A stretch of 64,000 bases of DNA from Candidatus Pacearchaeota archaeon. GTDB lineage: Archaea; Nanobdellota; Nanobdellia; Pacearchaeales; GW2011-AR1. Shown here piece after piece: positions 19,502 through 28,959 of the stretch. How positions within the stretch are numbered: position 1 is the first letter of the stretch; each line of letters begins with the position of its first letter. A program made the translations under genes and the position numbers. The stretch is from assembly GCA_050303855.1 (NCBI GenBank), contig JBNLCO010000008.1, positions 1,236 to 65,235 of the forward strand, given 5' to 3'. The notes below the pieces were generated by a model. That model saw only the letters and a program-made list of their open reading frames with translations. It made no database searches and was not told the origin of the DNA.

Positions 19502-19963
19502 ATGAAGAAGATACTAGGTATATTTTTATTGGGGGTTATGTTGTTTTCTCTAGTTGCTGTTAGTGCTGCTCCTGGGAATTTTGATGATACTAAGACTATA
19601 ATTGCTGGTAAGATTTACAATTCAGATTATACAGCTACAATTGCTGGAGCTAATGTTACTGTTACATGTGAGGATTCTGATTTTTACGGAGTTAATGTTG
19701 AAAACACAGTTAGTTTAAGTGATGGTGCTTATTCAGTTGTATTCTATCAAGAGTATTGTAATTATGGAGATACTTTAACTGTATCTGCTACATATGGAGA
19801 TCTGTATGGAAGTCAGTCAGGAGTTATCCATGATAATGCTTTACCAGGTGATTGGGATTTAGCTGTTGTTAATGTTCCATTAGTTCCAGAATTCGGATTG
19901 ATTGCTGGATTAACAACAATCTTGGGTGCTTTAGGTATTTTCTTCTTTGTTAGAAAGAAGTAA
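19502..19963 (+). CDS. PEF-CTERM sorted surface protein
   Basis: Signal peptide, beta-sandwich domain, C-terminal VPEF + TM + RKK. Confidence 0.85.
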   Translation: MKKILGIFLLGVMLFSLVAVSAAPGNFDDTKTIIAGKIYNSDYTATIAGANVTVTCEDSDFYGVNVENTVSLSDGAYSVVFYQEYCNYGDTLTVSATYGDLYGSQSGVIHDNALPGDWDLAVVNVPLVPEFGLIAGLTTILGALGIFFFVRKK

Positions 19964-20078
19964 TTTTTTATTTTTAATGATTATTTTTTAGAAATAGTTT
20001 TTAGATGACCACATTTTTATGATTTTGTAGACACCCCTATGGAAAGATTTAAAAATCATTGGTTCATAGATAAACCAC

Positions 20079-20633
20079 ATGGACCAAATAGAGAACAATG
20101 TTGAATTAGAAATAATCTTGGTTTTAATTAGAGGGAAGTCTCACTTAAGAGAGATTTCAAGGGCAATTAATAAGCCCCACTCTACCGTATTAAGAAAAAT
20201 TAATGAACTTATAGAGAGAAATGTTCTAGATTATAAAATTGAAGGTAAAAACAAAGTCTTTTTCATAAAGAAAAATTTGCAATCAAGAAATTACGTTTAT
20301 TTATCTGAAATCCATAAACTAAATAAATTGATTAAAAAGTATTCAGAGTTATCAATCATTATTGAGGACATATTAAGAGATTCTCCAGAAAAACTTGTAA
20401 TTTTATTTGGAAGTTATGCTAAAGATAATCCTAAGGAGAGAAGTGATATTGATATATATATTGATACAGAAGACAAAAAAATCAAGAATAAAATAGAAGG
20501 GTTAAATTCAAAGTTGAGCCTAAAAATTGGAAGATTTGACAAAAATTCTTTATTAATAAAAGAAATTATAAAAAATCATGTCATCTTAAGAGGATGGGAG
20601 GAGTTTTATGAAAGAATTGGATTTTTTAAATAA
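20079..20633 (+). CDS. wHTH-MNT nucleotidyltransferase antitoxin
   Basis: HLREISR HTH; LFGSYAKDNPKERSDID. Confidence 0.85.
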   Translation: MDQIENNVELEIILVLIRGKSHLREISRAINKPHSTVLRKINELIERNVLDYKIEGKNKVFFIKKNLQSRNYVYLSEIHKLNKLIKKYSELSIIIEDILRDSPEKLVILFGSYAKDNPKERSDIDIYIDTEDKKIKNKIEGLNSKLSLKIGRFDKNSLLIKEIIKNHVILRGWEEFYERIGFFK

Positions 20634-20838
20634 ACTTAAGAAGAAGAATATAATTGAACTTGTTGAACCGTCCGAAGAAATGAAGAGATCTTATTTAATA
20701 AAGTCTGAGAATTGTCTTAAATCTGCAAAGATTTTGTTTAAGAATGATCTTTACGAAAATTCTACTTCAGAAGCATATTATTGCATGTACAATACACACT
20801 TAATATATGAACCAAATTTCATCATAAACAAGCTTTAA
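20608..20838 (+). pseudogene. Truncated HEPN toxin
   Basis: HEPN N-terminal half (KSENCLKSAKIL...AYYCMY) then early stop; no catalytic Rx4H/Y. Confidence 0.65.
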
Positions 20839-20864
20839 AAACAGTTTTTCTTTATAGGTTCTGT

Positions 20865-21266
20865 ATGGGCGGATTATTAACTCACTTAAGTGTTGCTACA
20901 TTTGGTTTACTTGTAGGAATATTTGCATTTAAGAATTATAGATATGGTTTAGCTTTCTTTATCGGACATTTGACTCCAGATTTAATTGACTTTGGAATTA
21001 CAGGATTATTCCATTGGGAATTTAACCCTGCAAAGATTATGACTTATTCTTGGTTTGCTCCATTAGCAAAGTTAGGGCATACTTGGTGGCATTGGTTAGT
21101 ATTTGCCTTGGTGTTTTTGATAGTCTTGTTTATATTACATAAATTTAAGAAAATATCAGATAAAAGATTTAAACTTGTATTCATATTGTTTATATTATTC
21201 TTAGTTGCAGTTGGAATACATCTTGGAATTGATCATTTGATAATGGAAAAGAGCTATTGGATATGA
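20865..21266 (+). CDS. Membrane protein with metal-dependent hydrolase-like His/Asp motifs
   Basis: TH, HxxPD, GH, HxxxDH in TM context. Confidence 0.6.
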   Translation: MGGLLTHLSVATFGLLVGIFAFKNYRYGLAFFIGHLTPDLIDFGITGLFHWEFNPAKIMTYSWFAPLAKLGHTWWHWLVFALVFLIVLFILHKFKKISDKRFKLVFILFILFLVAVGIHLGIDHLIMEKSYWI

Positions 21267-22165
21267 TAAATAAAGGATTCAAACAGTTCTTAGTAAAAAC
21301 GGTGATCTTTGTAGCATTATTCATAATATTTTCTATAATAATTGGTAGTCAATTATATCAGTATGGATTATTGGAAGATTGGAGAATAGAAATTTATGGA
21401 AGAATTGGATATATTCTTTTATTTTCAATAGTTGGATTTGTTTTATTGTATAGGCAGAGATTGCTTAGAATGGATCATTTTAAGATAAAAGGTAGAGATA
21501 AATTATTTAGCTTGGTTTCTTTAGTTTTGTTAATTCTTTTTTATTTATTTGAAAGGAATGCATATAAATTTGAAATTGGATTTTTTAGCGTATTATTAGT
21601 TCATTTGATTGGAATTGGGATATTTGTATTCTTAGCTTTGGGAGTTTATGGTGTAGACTTTATTAGAAGTTTCATTAAGAGGTTTAGGAAAGAGATAATT
21701 TACTTTTTGATATTTGGAGTTATTGTTTATAGCTTTATGAATTTAGTATTTGGATTGTGGAGACATCTTAGTTATTTAGTTTTGAATATAGTTCATTTCT
21801 TGTTAGGTTTTGGTAATACCCAGGTTGTTGCTCCGGACATATTAGTCTTTGAAGGGTTTGCGGTTAAAGTTGCGGAAGCTTGTTCTGGAATATATTCCAT
21901 ATTTATTTTTACAGCTCTTTACATATTTGGAGTACTTGTGGATTGGAAGAAGTTAAATCATAAGAAGGCTGTGTTGATGTTTGTTCCTGCTGTTGTTGGA
22001 GCTTTCTTAGTTAATGTATTGAGAGTATTTTTAATGATGATAATTGGAGGGTATTTATCTAAGAGTATAGCTTTAGGATTATACCATAGCTATACTGGAA
22101 TGATATTTTTCTTAGTATACTTTTTTATATTCTGGAAATCGAGTTACGGGTGGATGAGAAGATGA
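21263..22165 (+). CDS. Archaeosortase/exosortase family transpeptidase
   Basis: Multi-TM protein with VAEACSG (Cys), NVLRV (Arg), LYHSYTG (His). Confidence 0.88.
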   Translation: MINKGFKQFLVKTVIFVALFIIFSIIIGSQLYQYGLLEDWRIEIYGRIGYILLFSIVGFVLLYRQRLLRMDHFKIKGRDKLFSLVSLVLLILFYLFERNAYKFEIGFFSVLLVHLIGIGIFVFLALGVYGVDFIRSFIKRFRKEIIYFLIFGVIVYSFMNLVFGLWRHLSYLVLNIVHFLLGFGNTQVVAPDILVFEGFAVKVAEACSGIYSIFIFTALYIFGVLVDWKKLNHKKAVLMFVPAVVGAFLVNVLRVFLMMIIGGYLSKSIALGLYHSYTGMIFFLVYFFIFWKSSYGWMRR

Positions 22166-23403
22166 AGGAAAAAGGTTTGAAGAAAATAATGAAAGATTCA
22201 TTATATAGCAATTCAATCTATTTGATGTTGAGTTCGGCTGTAATGGCTGCCTTTGGATTTGTTTCGTGGTTGATTATTGCTAGATTATTTAGTGTTCATG
22301 ATGTAGGATTAGCTACAACCCTTATTTCTGCTATGGGCCTTTTAGTTTCAATTTCAATGTTAGGATTTAATGTTGGACTGATAAGATTTTTACCTGGATC
22401 TAAGAATAAGAACGATAAGATCAATACTGCATTTACAATAGTGTTTTTAGCAACAATAGTTGTTAGTTCGATATTCTTGGTTGGTCTTAAGTTTTTCTCA
22501 CCTGATTTAATTTTTATTAAGAATAGCTTGTTGTTGAGTTTGATATTTATTGTTTTTATTTTGATTTCTGCGTCAAACAGTCTTTTTGAGAGCATATTTA
22601 TTGCGTTTAGAAGTGCCAAATTTAATTTGCTGAAAAATAGTATATTTAGTGTTCTTAGAGTTATTTTGCCATTTGCATTCATTAGCTTTGGAGCCTTTGG
22701 AGCATTTAGTGCTTATATGAGTGCTATGTTGGTTGCAGTTGGGATTGCTTTACTTATCTTAGTCAGTAAGTTCAAGTATAAACCCAAATTGGTTTTCTAT
22801 GATAATATAATAAAAGATATGGGAAGATATTCTTTAGGAAATTATTTTGCTGGATTTGTTGGAGGTTTGGTTATAATGGTTTTACCGCTTATGATTACTG
22901 CAAAGATAAGTCCTACAATAACTGCTTATTTCTTTATGGCATTGCAGATTGCTAATTTACTTTATGTGATACCAAATGCAACAACTAATTCGTTATTTGC
23001 TGAAGGAAGTTATGACGAACATGGTTTAGGAAAACAAGTTAAGAAGGCTATTAAGATAATTTCAATAATTTTGATCCCTTCAATAATTGTTATAGGGTTG
23101 TTTGGCAATTACGTATTGTTGGCGTTTGGTAGCGAGTATTCTAACCAAGGGTTTATGTTCTTAAGAATAATGGCTTTATCTGCAATCTTTGTTGGAATTA
23201 ATTCAATTTATGGTGGAATCTTGAAGGTTAAGAAGAAGATTGGCAGAATTTTAATTGTTAATGTTATTGGAGCGATAGTAATTATTGGTGGAAGTTTCTT
23301 AATGATAGAGCAAGGCAAAGGGTTAATGGGTGTTGGTATTGCTTACATATTAGGGCAGGCAGTAATGGGGTTAAGTTACTGGATAACGAGTTTTAATAAG
23401 TAA
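22162..23403 (+). CDS. Oligosaccharide flippase (Wzx/MOP family)
   Basis: About 12 TMs; ARLFSVHDVG, GFNVGLIRFL. Confidence 0.85.
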   Translation: MKEKGLKKIMKDSLYSNSIYLMLSSAVMAAFGFVSWLIIARLFSVHDVGLATTLISAMGLLVSISMLGFNVGLIRFLPGSKNKNDKINTAFTIVFLATIVVSSIFLVGLKFFSPDLIFIKNSLLLSLIFIVFILISASNSLFESIFIAFRSAKFNLLKNSIFSVLRVILPFAFISFGAFGAFSAYMSAMLVAVGIALLILVSKFKYKPKLVFYDNIIKDMGRYSLGNYFAGFVGGLVIMVLPLMITAKISPTITAYFFMALQIANLLYVIPNATTNSLFAEGSYDEHGLGKQVKKAIKIISIILIPSIIVIGLFGNYVLLAFGSEYSNQGFMFLRIMALSAIFVGINSIYGGILKVKKKIGRILIVNVIGAIVIIGGSFLMIEQGKGLMGVGIAYILGQAVMGLSYWITSFNK

Positions 23404-23465
23404 TTTTTACAAAGATACTATATTTTTGTATCAATTAGAGTATAAATTTTTATAATAAATCCAAG

Positions 23466-24461
23466 TTACAAAAATAAATTCCAATAAGAAGTTACGCTTT
23501 CATCAGAAAGATAGCTAATTAATTTTTTATATCTTAAATCTGTTTTAGGAATGTCGATTTTATCCGCACTTCCAAGGGCATCTAAATAATCGCTTCTATT
23601 TTTTTTATAAATTACTGAAGGAGGATACTCTGCTTTCATTAAAATATAATTCATTAACATTCTACCCGTTCTTCCATTTCCATCATAAAATGGATGAATT
23701 TTTTCAAATTTATGGTGAAACATACAAGCTAAAACAAAGGGGTGCAATTTTGATTTGTTTTGATTATACCATTTTAATAAGAGTTCCATGTCCGCTTTAA
23801 CATAAATTCCTGGACTTGCGTCAAAATGAGATTTGAAAACTCGGATATCTTTTGTTCTATAGCCTTTTCTATTGTCAATATCTTTCAATAATTTTTTATG
23901 AATTTCTTCAATTAATTTATGGTCAATTAATTTTCTTTTATCCATTAACCAAAACAAAACATCCCTTGTATTTTTCAAATCGTAAATTTCTCTAAGCTCC
24001 CTATTTGCGGGAGTTCGACCCTCTTCAAAAAATTTCTTAGCTTCATTAAGGGTAATTGTATTTCCCTCTAAAGAAGTTGTGTTGTAAGCGAACTCGATAG
24101 AAAAATTTTCTAAAATTTCTTTTTGTGTTGTTGGATCTAATTTCTTGAATTCCTTAGAATAATGCAATTTGCAAGCTTCAATATCTATTAATTTATTTCC
24201 AAGATAATCATCTTTTTTTAATTTTAATTCTTTAATCTTATTTGCATAATATTCATTTTCCAATAAAAGATTAATTCTTCTATAACTCTTTCTTATTTCT
24301 TGTTTTTCTTTTGCTATTGCTGGAAATCTTTTTCTTGCTTCATCAATAGAGTTTCCCAAATAAGCCAAATCCTTCTCAATTTTCTTTAACCCTTTCTTCT
24401 TTGAAATTCTGAGATAATAATAGGTTTTGTTTCCCCGGGTCTTTTTGTAAATGTATACCAT
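23466..24461 (-). CDS. Fic-family protein with N-terminal basic beta domain
   Basis: HPFYDGNGRTGR; inhibitory motif TTSLEGN. Confidence 0.92.
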   Translation of the reverse strand: MVYIYKKTRGNKTYYYLRISKKKGLKKIEKDLAYLGNSIDEARKRFPAIAKEKQEIRKSYRRINLLLENEYYANKIKELKLKKDDYLGNKLIDIEACKLHYSKEFKKLDPTTQKEILENFSIEFAYNTTSLEGNTITLNEAKKFFEEGRTPANRELREIYDLKNTRDVLFWLMDKRKLIDHKLIEEIHKKLLKDIDNRKGYRTKDIRVFKSHFDASPGIYVKADMELLLKWYNQNKSKLHPFVLACMFHHKFEKIHPFYDGNGRTGRMLMNYILMKAEYPPSVIYKKNRSDYLDALGSADKIDIPKTDLRYKKLISYLSDESVTSYWNLFL

Positions 24462-24491
24462 GTTTTAATTTAGTTTTTTAGACTTTTTAAA

Positions 24492-24533
24492 TGTACCCTG
24501 GAAATTTGATTGACCTGAATTATCCAGGGTACA
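24492..24533. promoter_or_regulatory. Inverted repeat TGTACCCTGGA-N20-TCCAGGGTACA upstream of the Fic gene
   Basis: Perfect 11-bp arms adjacent to a TTTAAA box. Confidence 0.65.
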
Positions 24534-24556
24534 CCAAATATTTAAGTATTTTGGAT

Positions 24557-24582
24557 GCTAATTTTAGCTAGCTAAAATTAGC
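24557..24582. repeat. Perfect 26-bp palindrome GCTAATTTTAGCTAGCTAAAATTAGC
   Basis: Read directly from the sequence. Confidence 0.8.
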
Positions 24583-24718
24583 TTCTTTAAATTGAATTAT
24601 ATCTTAAATTATCTAAGGTTCAGCCAACTCCTCAGCATTCTATCGATTTTAGTAACATCTGCATTAAGAAGTAAACCAAAACATTTAAAACAATTATTGG
24701 CTATTTTTAATAAAAGGG

Positions 24719-25015
24719 TTGAATATGGATGCAATATTTAGAGAAACAGTTTTTCTCCCAGCGTTGCTTGGAGGTATTGGCGGTTTAACAAGAGGGTTTA
24801 CAGGTTTGTTAAAGGCATTATCTTTGCGTAGAAAGATTTTATGGGGCTATTATTCAATAACAGTTTTGATAGCATTAATTATAGGTGTATTTATAGGATT
24901 GATATTTAATTTTGATTATAGGCTATCTCTTCTTGCAGGATATGCGGGAACGGACATACTTGAAGGAATTTACAAATCATTCAAAGTGGATAAAACATAT
25001 GTGGTTAAAAGATGA
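24719..25015 (+). CDS. Small 3-TM membrane protein
   Basis: Gly-rich TMs, LLAGYAG. Confidence 0.65.
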   Translation: MNMDAIFRETVFLPALLGGIGGLTRGFTGLLKALSLRRKILWGYYSITVLIALIIGVFIGLIFNFDYRLSLLAGYAGTDILEGIYKSFKVDKTYVVKR

Positions 25016-25236
25016 CTCAAGTAACGGTAACTCTTAATGAAGATGAGGAAAAAGCTCTTTTGAAACGAGCAGATAAAAACATGATGACTCTTGAAGATCA
25101 AGTTCAAGACATCATAAGGAGAAGTTGTGTGAATTATGTATCCAAACCAAATAAAAGGAAAATTAAAGTTGATGATAGACTTGTTGGAATATTCTCAAGA
25201 TATAAGACACGTCCAACTAAGAAATCCAAAAAATGA
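25012..25236 (+). CDS. Ribbon-helix-helix-like small protein
   Basis: VTVTLNEDEEKALLKRA...IIRRS; ATGA overlap with upstream gene. Confidence 0.6.
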   Translation: MTQVTVTLNEDEEKALLKRADKNMMTLEDQVQDIIRRSCVNYVSKPNKRKIKVDDRLVGIFSRYKTRPTKKSKK

Positions 25237-25511
25237 AAACTAAGAAGATTCTAATTATTGCTATTGTAGTCGTTTTGATTGCTTTAATTGCCTATGCGAC
25301 TTACTTGTTGAAATCTAACCCTGTATCAGATGTGACTCTTTGTCAAGAGTTAGGTTGTTTCTCTGATACTGTTTATGTGGGTTCTACTGGATCTGATAAA
25401 TATTATTCTTGTGATTGTCGGTATGCTAAACAGATAAAGCCTGAGAATATAGCTTGTTTTGCTTCTGATTCTGAGGCATTAGCTAAGAATTATATTAAGG
25501 TGGATTGTTAA
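25233..25511 (+). CDS. Membrane-anchored Ada-type metal-binding domain protein
   Basis: YVGSTGSDKYYSCDCRYAKQIKPENIACF.S..EA. Confidence 0.65.
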   Translation: MKTKKILIIAIVVVLIALIAYATYLLKSNPVSDVTLCQELGCFSDTVYVGSTGSDKYYSCDCRYAKQIKPENIACFASDSEALAKNYIKVDC

Positions 25512-25843
25512 ATTAAGTTTATTTCGAAGATTTCCCTTTTTAGTTCAGGAAGGTCAAGATCTATTATATTCCATACCCTTTCTAAATCCACTCCAAAATA
25601 AGAATGGCTCAATATATCTCTAAACCCAGCAATATCTCTCCATGGAATCTTGGGATACTTTTTTCTAAAATCTGGGGGAACATTTTTTGAGGCTTCTCCA
25701 ATTATTTCCAAACTTCTCATTATTGCATTTTGTCTTAATTTATCTTTTTCAAATTTCTCAAGATTAAGTCCTTTAGAGAAGGATTCTATATCAAGTATAT
25801 TTGTTTTTATATCATTTATGAATAATCTCACATCTCTTTTCAA
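25508..25843 (-). CDS. hepT: HepT/DUF86 HEPN RNase toxin
   Basis: LEIIGEASK, IPW, RDILSHSY (Rx4HxY). Confidence 0.9.
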   Translation of the reverse strand: MKRDVRLFINDIKTNILDIESFSKGLNLEKFEKDKLRQNAIMRSLEIIGEASKNVPPDFRKKYPKIPWRDIAGFRDILSHSYFGVDLERVWNIIDLDLPELKREIFEINLI

Positions 25844-26304
25844 ATTATTCTTACCTCTTCATTTAATATTCTCTCTTTGATTAAGGGTTTTATTGCAGAG
25901 TATTCTACTAAATCAACTTTCTTTTTAAGAGCCTCTTCAAGCATTCTGTTTAAAGCTATAAATCCTAACAAACTCATTTTCTTGTTATTAATATTTACAA
26001 CTATATCAATATCGCTATTTCTTTTTTGTTCACCTCTTGAATAACTCCCAAATATCCCTGCACGATCCACTTTATTCTCTTTTAGAATTCGATAAATTTT
26101 TTCTTTTATTCTTTCTATTTCCTTGTTTCTTTTTTCGGAAACAAGAATTTTATCTGCTTCCACTTCTCTTTTCTTTAATTCTTTCGGAGATAGATTATAT
26201 CCAAGATATTTTCTCTTCTTTGAAACTTTCTTACCTTTCCTAACTGAGATAACTCTATAATTGTATTTTGTTCCATTAATAATTCGCGTTTCTGTATAAA
26301 CCAT
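25840..26304 (-). CDS. mntA: MntA-like nucleotidyltransferase antitoxin with N-terminal basic beta domain
   Basis: GSYSRGEQKRNSDID (GSx10DxD), KKVDLV. Confidence 0.88.
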   Translation of the reverse strand: MVYTETRIINGTKYNYRVISVRKGKKVSKKRKYLGYNLSPKELKKREVEADKILVSEKRNKEIERIKEKIYRILKENKVDRAGIFGSYSRGEQKRNSDIDIVVNINNKKMSLLGFIALNRMLEEALKKKVDLVEYSAIKPLIKERILNEEVRII

Positions 26305-26386
26305 ACAATTTTATGTCTACATTATTTATAAATATTTCTGTGTGGACACAAGAAAACTTTATATTATAGTTTTTCTTGCTTTGTTT

Positions 26387-26824
26387 ATGAAAAAAGAGTT
26401 AGTTTTTGTTATAGTATTTTCTTCTACTTTTCTATTACTTATGATTGGATTGTTTATTTTACCTTATACCCTTAATCAACCTGAGAGATTTGTTGATGAT
26501 TACGTAACAAATGTAATTGATGGAGATACATTTCAGTATTATGATTTAGATACTCAGACTTTTGAGATAGTTAGATTGTTGTGTGTGGATACTCCTGAAG
26601 ATTATGAGGAAGGATATTTAGAAGCTAAATATTATTTAGAAGATTTGGTATTAGGGAAGCAAATTGTTTTGGTTCCTTCTAATCTTTCTAATGATCGTGA
26701 TAAGTATGGGAGACAATTAAGGTATGTTTATGTTAAAGATACTTTTGTTAATCAGAAATTAATAGAAGATAATTATGGAGAGTTATTAGTTATCCCTCCT
26801 GAGGATTGTGATTTGGTTTATTGA
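26387..26824 (+). CDS. Membrane-anchored thermonuclease (SNase)
   Basis: VIDGDT, VRLLCVDTPE, DKYGRQLRYV. Confidence 0.88.
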   Translation: MKKELVFVIVFSSTFLLLMIGLFILPYTLNQPERFVDDYVTNVIDGDTFQYYDLDTQTFEIVRLLCVDTPEDYEEGYLEAKYYLEDLVLGKQIVLVPSNLSNDRDKYGRQLRYVYVKDTFVNQKLIEDNYGELLVIPPEDCDLVY

Positions 26825-26882
26825 GTTCTATTCAGATTGAAGCCATAACAACGTTTTTATATCTGAGATTACTTTAATTGGT

Positions 26883-27182
26883 ATGAAGAAATCTTGGATG
26901 AGGTTAGGGGTAATTTTAATTGTAGCAATTTTAGTTATTGGTTTAGTAACTTGGGGTTTTGCTACACGTGAAATAAGACACCCAGACAACGCAGGTTTTC
27001 CTACAGATAAAGGTTTAGAAGTTTGTCCAGACCACTGGTATGATAATCAGATGCCTTCATATGAACCAAATATATCTTCAACACAATACTTTGTTCTTGA
27101 TGGAGAAAGGAGAGAACTTAATGAGTTTGATGTTGATTGGGTTATGGACAATTGCGATTTGGAAATTGAAGTTGTCTATTAA
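26883..27182 (+). CDS. Membrane-anchored hypothetical protein
   Basis: N-terminal TM; CPDHWYDNQMP. Confidence 0.65.
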   Translation: MKKSWMRLGVILIVAILVIGLVTWGFATREIRHPDNAGFPTDKGLEVCPDHWYDNQMPSYEPNISSTQYFVLDGERRELNEFDVDWVMDNCDLEIEVVY

Positions 27183-27250
27183 TGAATAAATTTTCATATA
27201 TGTAATTTTTTGTAAATATATTTATAAACCTAGAAGAATGATACTTTCTT

Positions 27251-27721
27251 ATGAATAAAAAGTTGAGCTTTATGGTTCTTGGTGCATTCTTAGTATTAAT
27301 GTTTGGTTTAGTAAGTGTTAGTGCTGGTTCACCCCACCCAATTGAGAAGACAATTATTGACGGAGTAATTTATCAAGATTCTATTACTAATCCTATTGGA
27401 GGAGCAGATGTTCAGGTAACATGTCATCATAATGGAAACGATTACAGTCAAAGTACAACAAGTGATGAAGATGGACATTATGCTATTGAGTTTAAACCAA
27501 ATAAGTGTGATTATGGAGATGATGTAACGGTTTATGCTCAAAAAGAATCTTTGGTTGGTGTTGACGAAGGAAATGTGGACATATTATTATCGTCTAGTTG
27601 TAAGCTTAAGCTTAATATTGGAATTGTTAATGTTCCTTTAGTTCCAGAATTTGGACTAATTGGTGGAATGATTGCAGTATTAGGATCTTTAGGTATTTTC
27701 TTTGTAGTTAGGAAGAAGTAA
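27251..27721 (+). CDS. PEF-CTERM sorted surface protein (paralog of 19502..19963)
   Basis: Signal peptide; VNVPLVPEFG + TM + RKK. Confidence 0.85.
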   Translation: MNKKLSFMVLGAFLVLMFGLVSVSAGSPHPIEKTIIDGVIYQDSITNPIGGADVQVTCHHNGNDYSQSTTSDEDGHYAIEFKPNKCDYGDDVTVYAQKESLVGVDEGNVDILLSSSCKLKLNIGIVNVPLVPEFGLIGGMIAVLGSLGIFFVVRKK

Positions 27722-27800
27722 TGTTTTTCTTATGGCGTGGGAGAGTATTTAAACATTAAAGCTCTTTTTTTAAAATGAGAGAAAATGAACGAATGATGAG

Positions 27801-28226
27801 TTGCTAAGATTGGCGGTAATAACTCTTTTGGTTGCAGGGGTTTTTGGAATATTACAATATTTTGGAGACAAGAAATTTGACAATGTAGAGATGGGCGTTT
27901 TATTAAAGACTGTTTCTTTAATTATGCTCCACACCATACTTCCAATATTTGCATTATACTTGTTGACATTGGGGCTTGAAAATAAATATGGGGGATCGCA
28001 CCATCACTTTTATTTGAGAGTCAAATCTTTCTTTTATAGCTTAGGGATATATTGGACAATTTTTACAATTGTTTTTGTATCTATATTCTATTCTTTCGTT
28101 TGGATTTTGGCGAATCACCCAAATTTCCCTATGAAACTAATTGTGGCTGTTCTTGGGATTGTAGTAATCTTATCTTTTATAATGATTCCAATTCTTATAT
28201 ACAAAGACCAACAAAGATTGAAGTGA
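27801..28226 (+). CDS. Hypothetical 4-TM membrane protein
   Basis: Hydrophobic ORF; start uncertain. Confidence 0.55.
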   Translation: MLRLAVITLLVAGVFGILQYFGDKKFDNVEMGVLLKTVSLIMLHTILPIFALYLLTLGLENKYGGSHHHFYLRVKSFFYSLGIYWTIFTIVFVSIFYSFVWILANHPNFPMKLIVAVLGIVVILSFIMIPILIYKDQQRLK

Positions 28227-28332
28227 TAATTATTCTAAAACAATAATCTGAGAAAAACAACTATTTCTTATGAAACAATTTTCATATTATCGTCGGAGAT
28301 AAGTTTTTAAATATAATAAACTTTGTTATTGT

Positions 28333-28926
28333 ATGAAGAAAGAGGTTAAGAGTTCTGGGAAAAATAAGGCTCTGCCTTATATAATCGGGGGAGTCTGTCT
28401 CATAGTTCTGATAATTGTAATAGGTGCCTCACTTACCGGTAATGTTGTTAGAAGTGGAGAAAGTAATTCAGGAGAAGACGTTGTCTGTAAAGAAGTTCAG
28501 GTACCTTATGACTATTTAGAGGAGTATCAAGAAACCGTACCTTATACTGATAGAGAATGTGAAAACCAGAAGCTTAGTTACAAGGTCGAAAGAGGGGAAT
28601 GTTTACAAAGAGTTGATAGATTTCTTTATGAGGATGAGCCTGCTAAATATAGTTGTGTAATCTACAATCTTGACGAGGTTGGGGGAACATTTGGAATTAC
28701 TATTGGTTTTAAAGTTGAGGGACAAGTTTTGGAAGAAACTCAGAGTAAGTATATTTATGCACAATCTTCAAACACCTTTACAGTCTCGAGGGATGCTACA
28801 GTTGAAAGTTGTTATTGTCAAGAGGAAGTCCCGACAAAACAGGTTTGTAGAGATGTGACTAGATATAAAGAAGTTACAAAGACGAGAACAGTTGTTAGAT
28901 ATAGAAATGAAGAACAATGTAATTAA
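28333..28926 (+). CDS. Membrane-anchored Cys-containing hypothetical protein
   Basis: N-terminal TM followed by LTGNVV; several Cys. Confidence 0.7.
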   Translation: MKKEVKSSGKNKALPYIIGGVCLIVLIIVIGASLTGNVVRSGESNSGEDVVCKEVQVPYDYLEEYQETVPYTDRECENQKLSYKVERGECLQRVDRFLYEDEPAKYSCVIYNLDEVGGTFGITIGFKVEGQVLEETQSKYIYAQSSNTFTVSRDATVESCYCQEEVPTKQVCRDVTRYKEVTKTRTVVRYRNEEQCN

Positions 28927-28959
28927 AAGTTTAGGTATTTTCTTTGTAGTTAGGAAGCA

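Larger units (their letters stand above)
27688..28957 (+). repeat. 28-bp perfect direct repeat (27688-27715 and 28930-28957) flanking a two-gene segment
   Basis: TTTAGGTATTTTCTTTGTAGTTAGGAAG at both positions. Confidence 0.85.
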
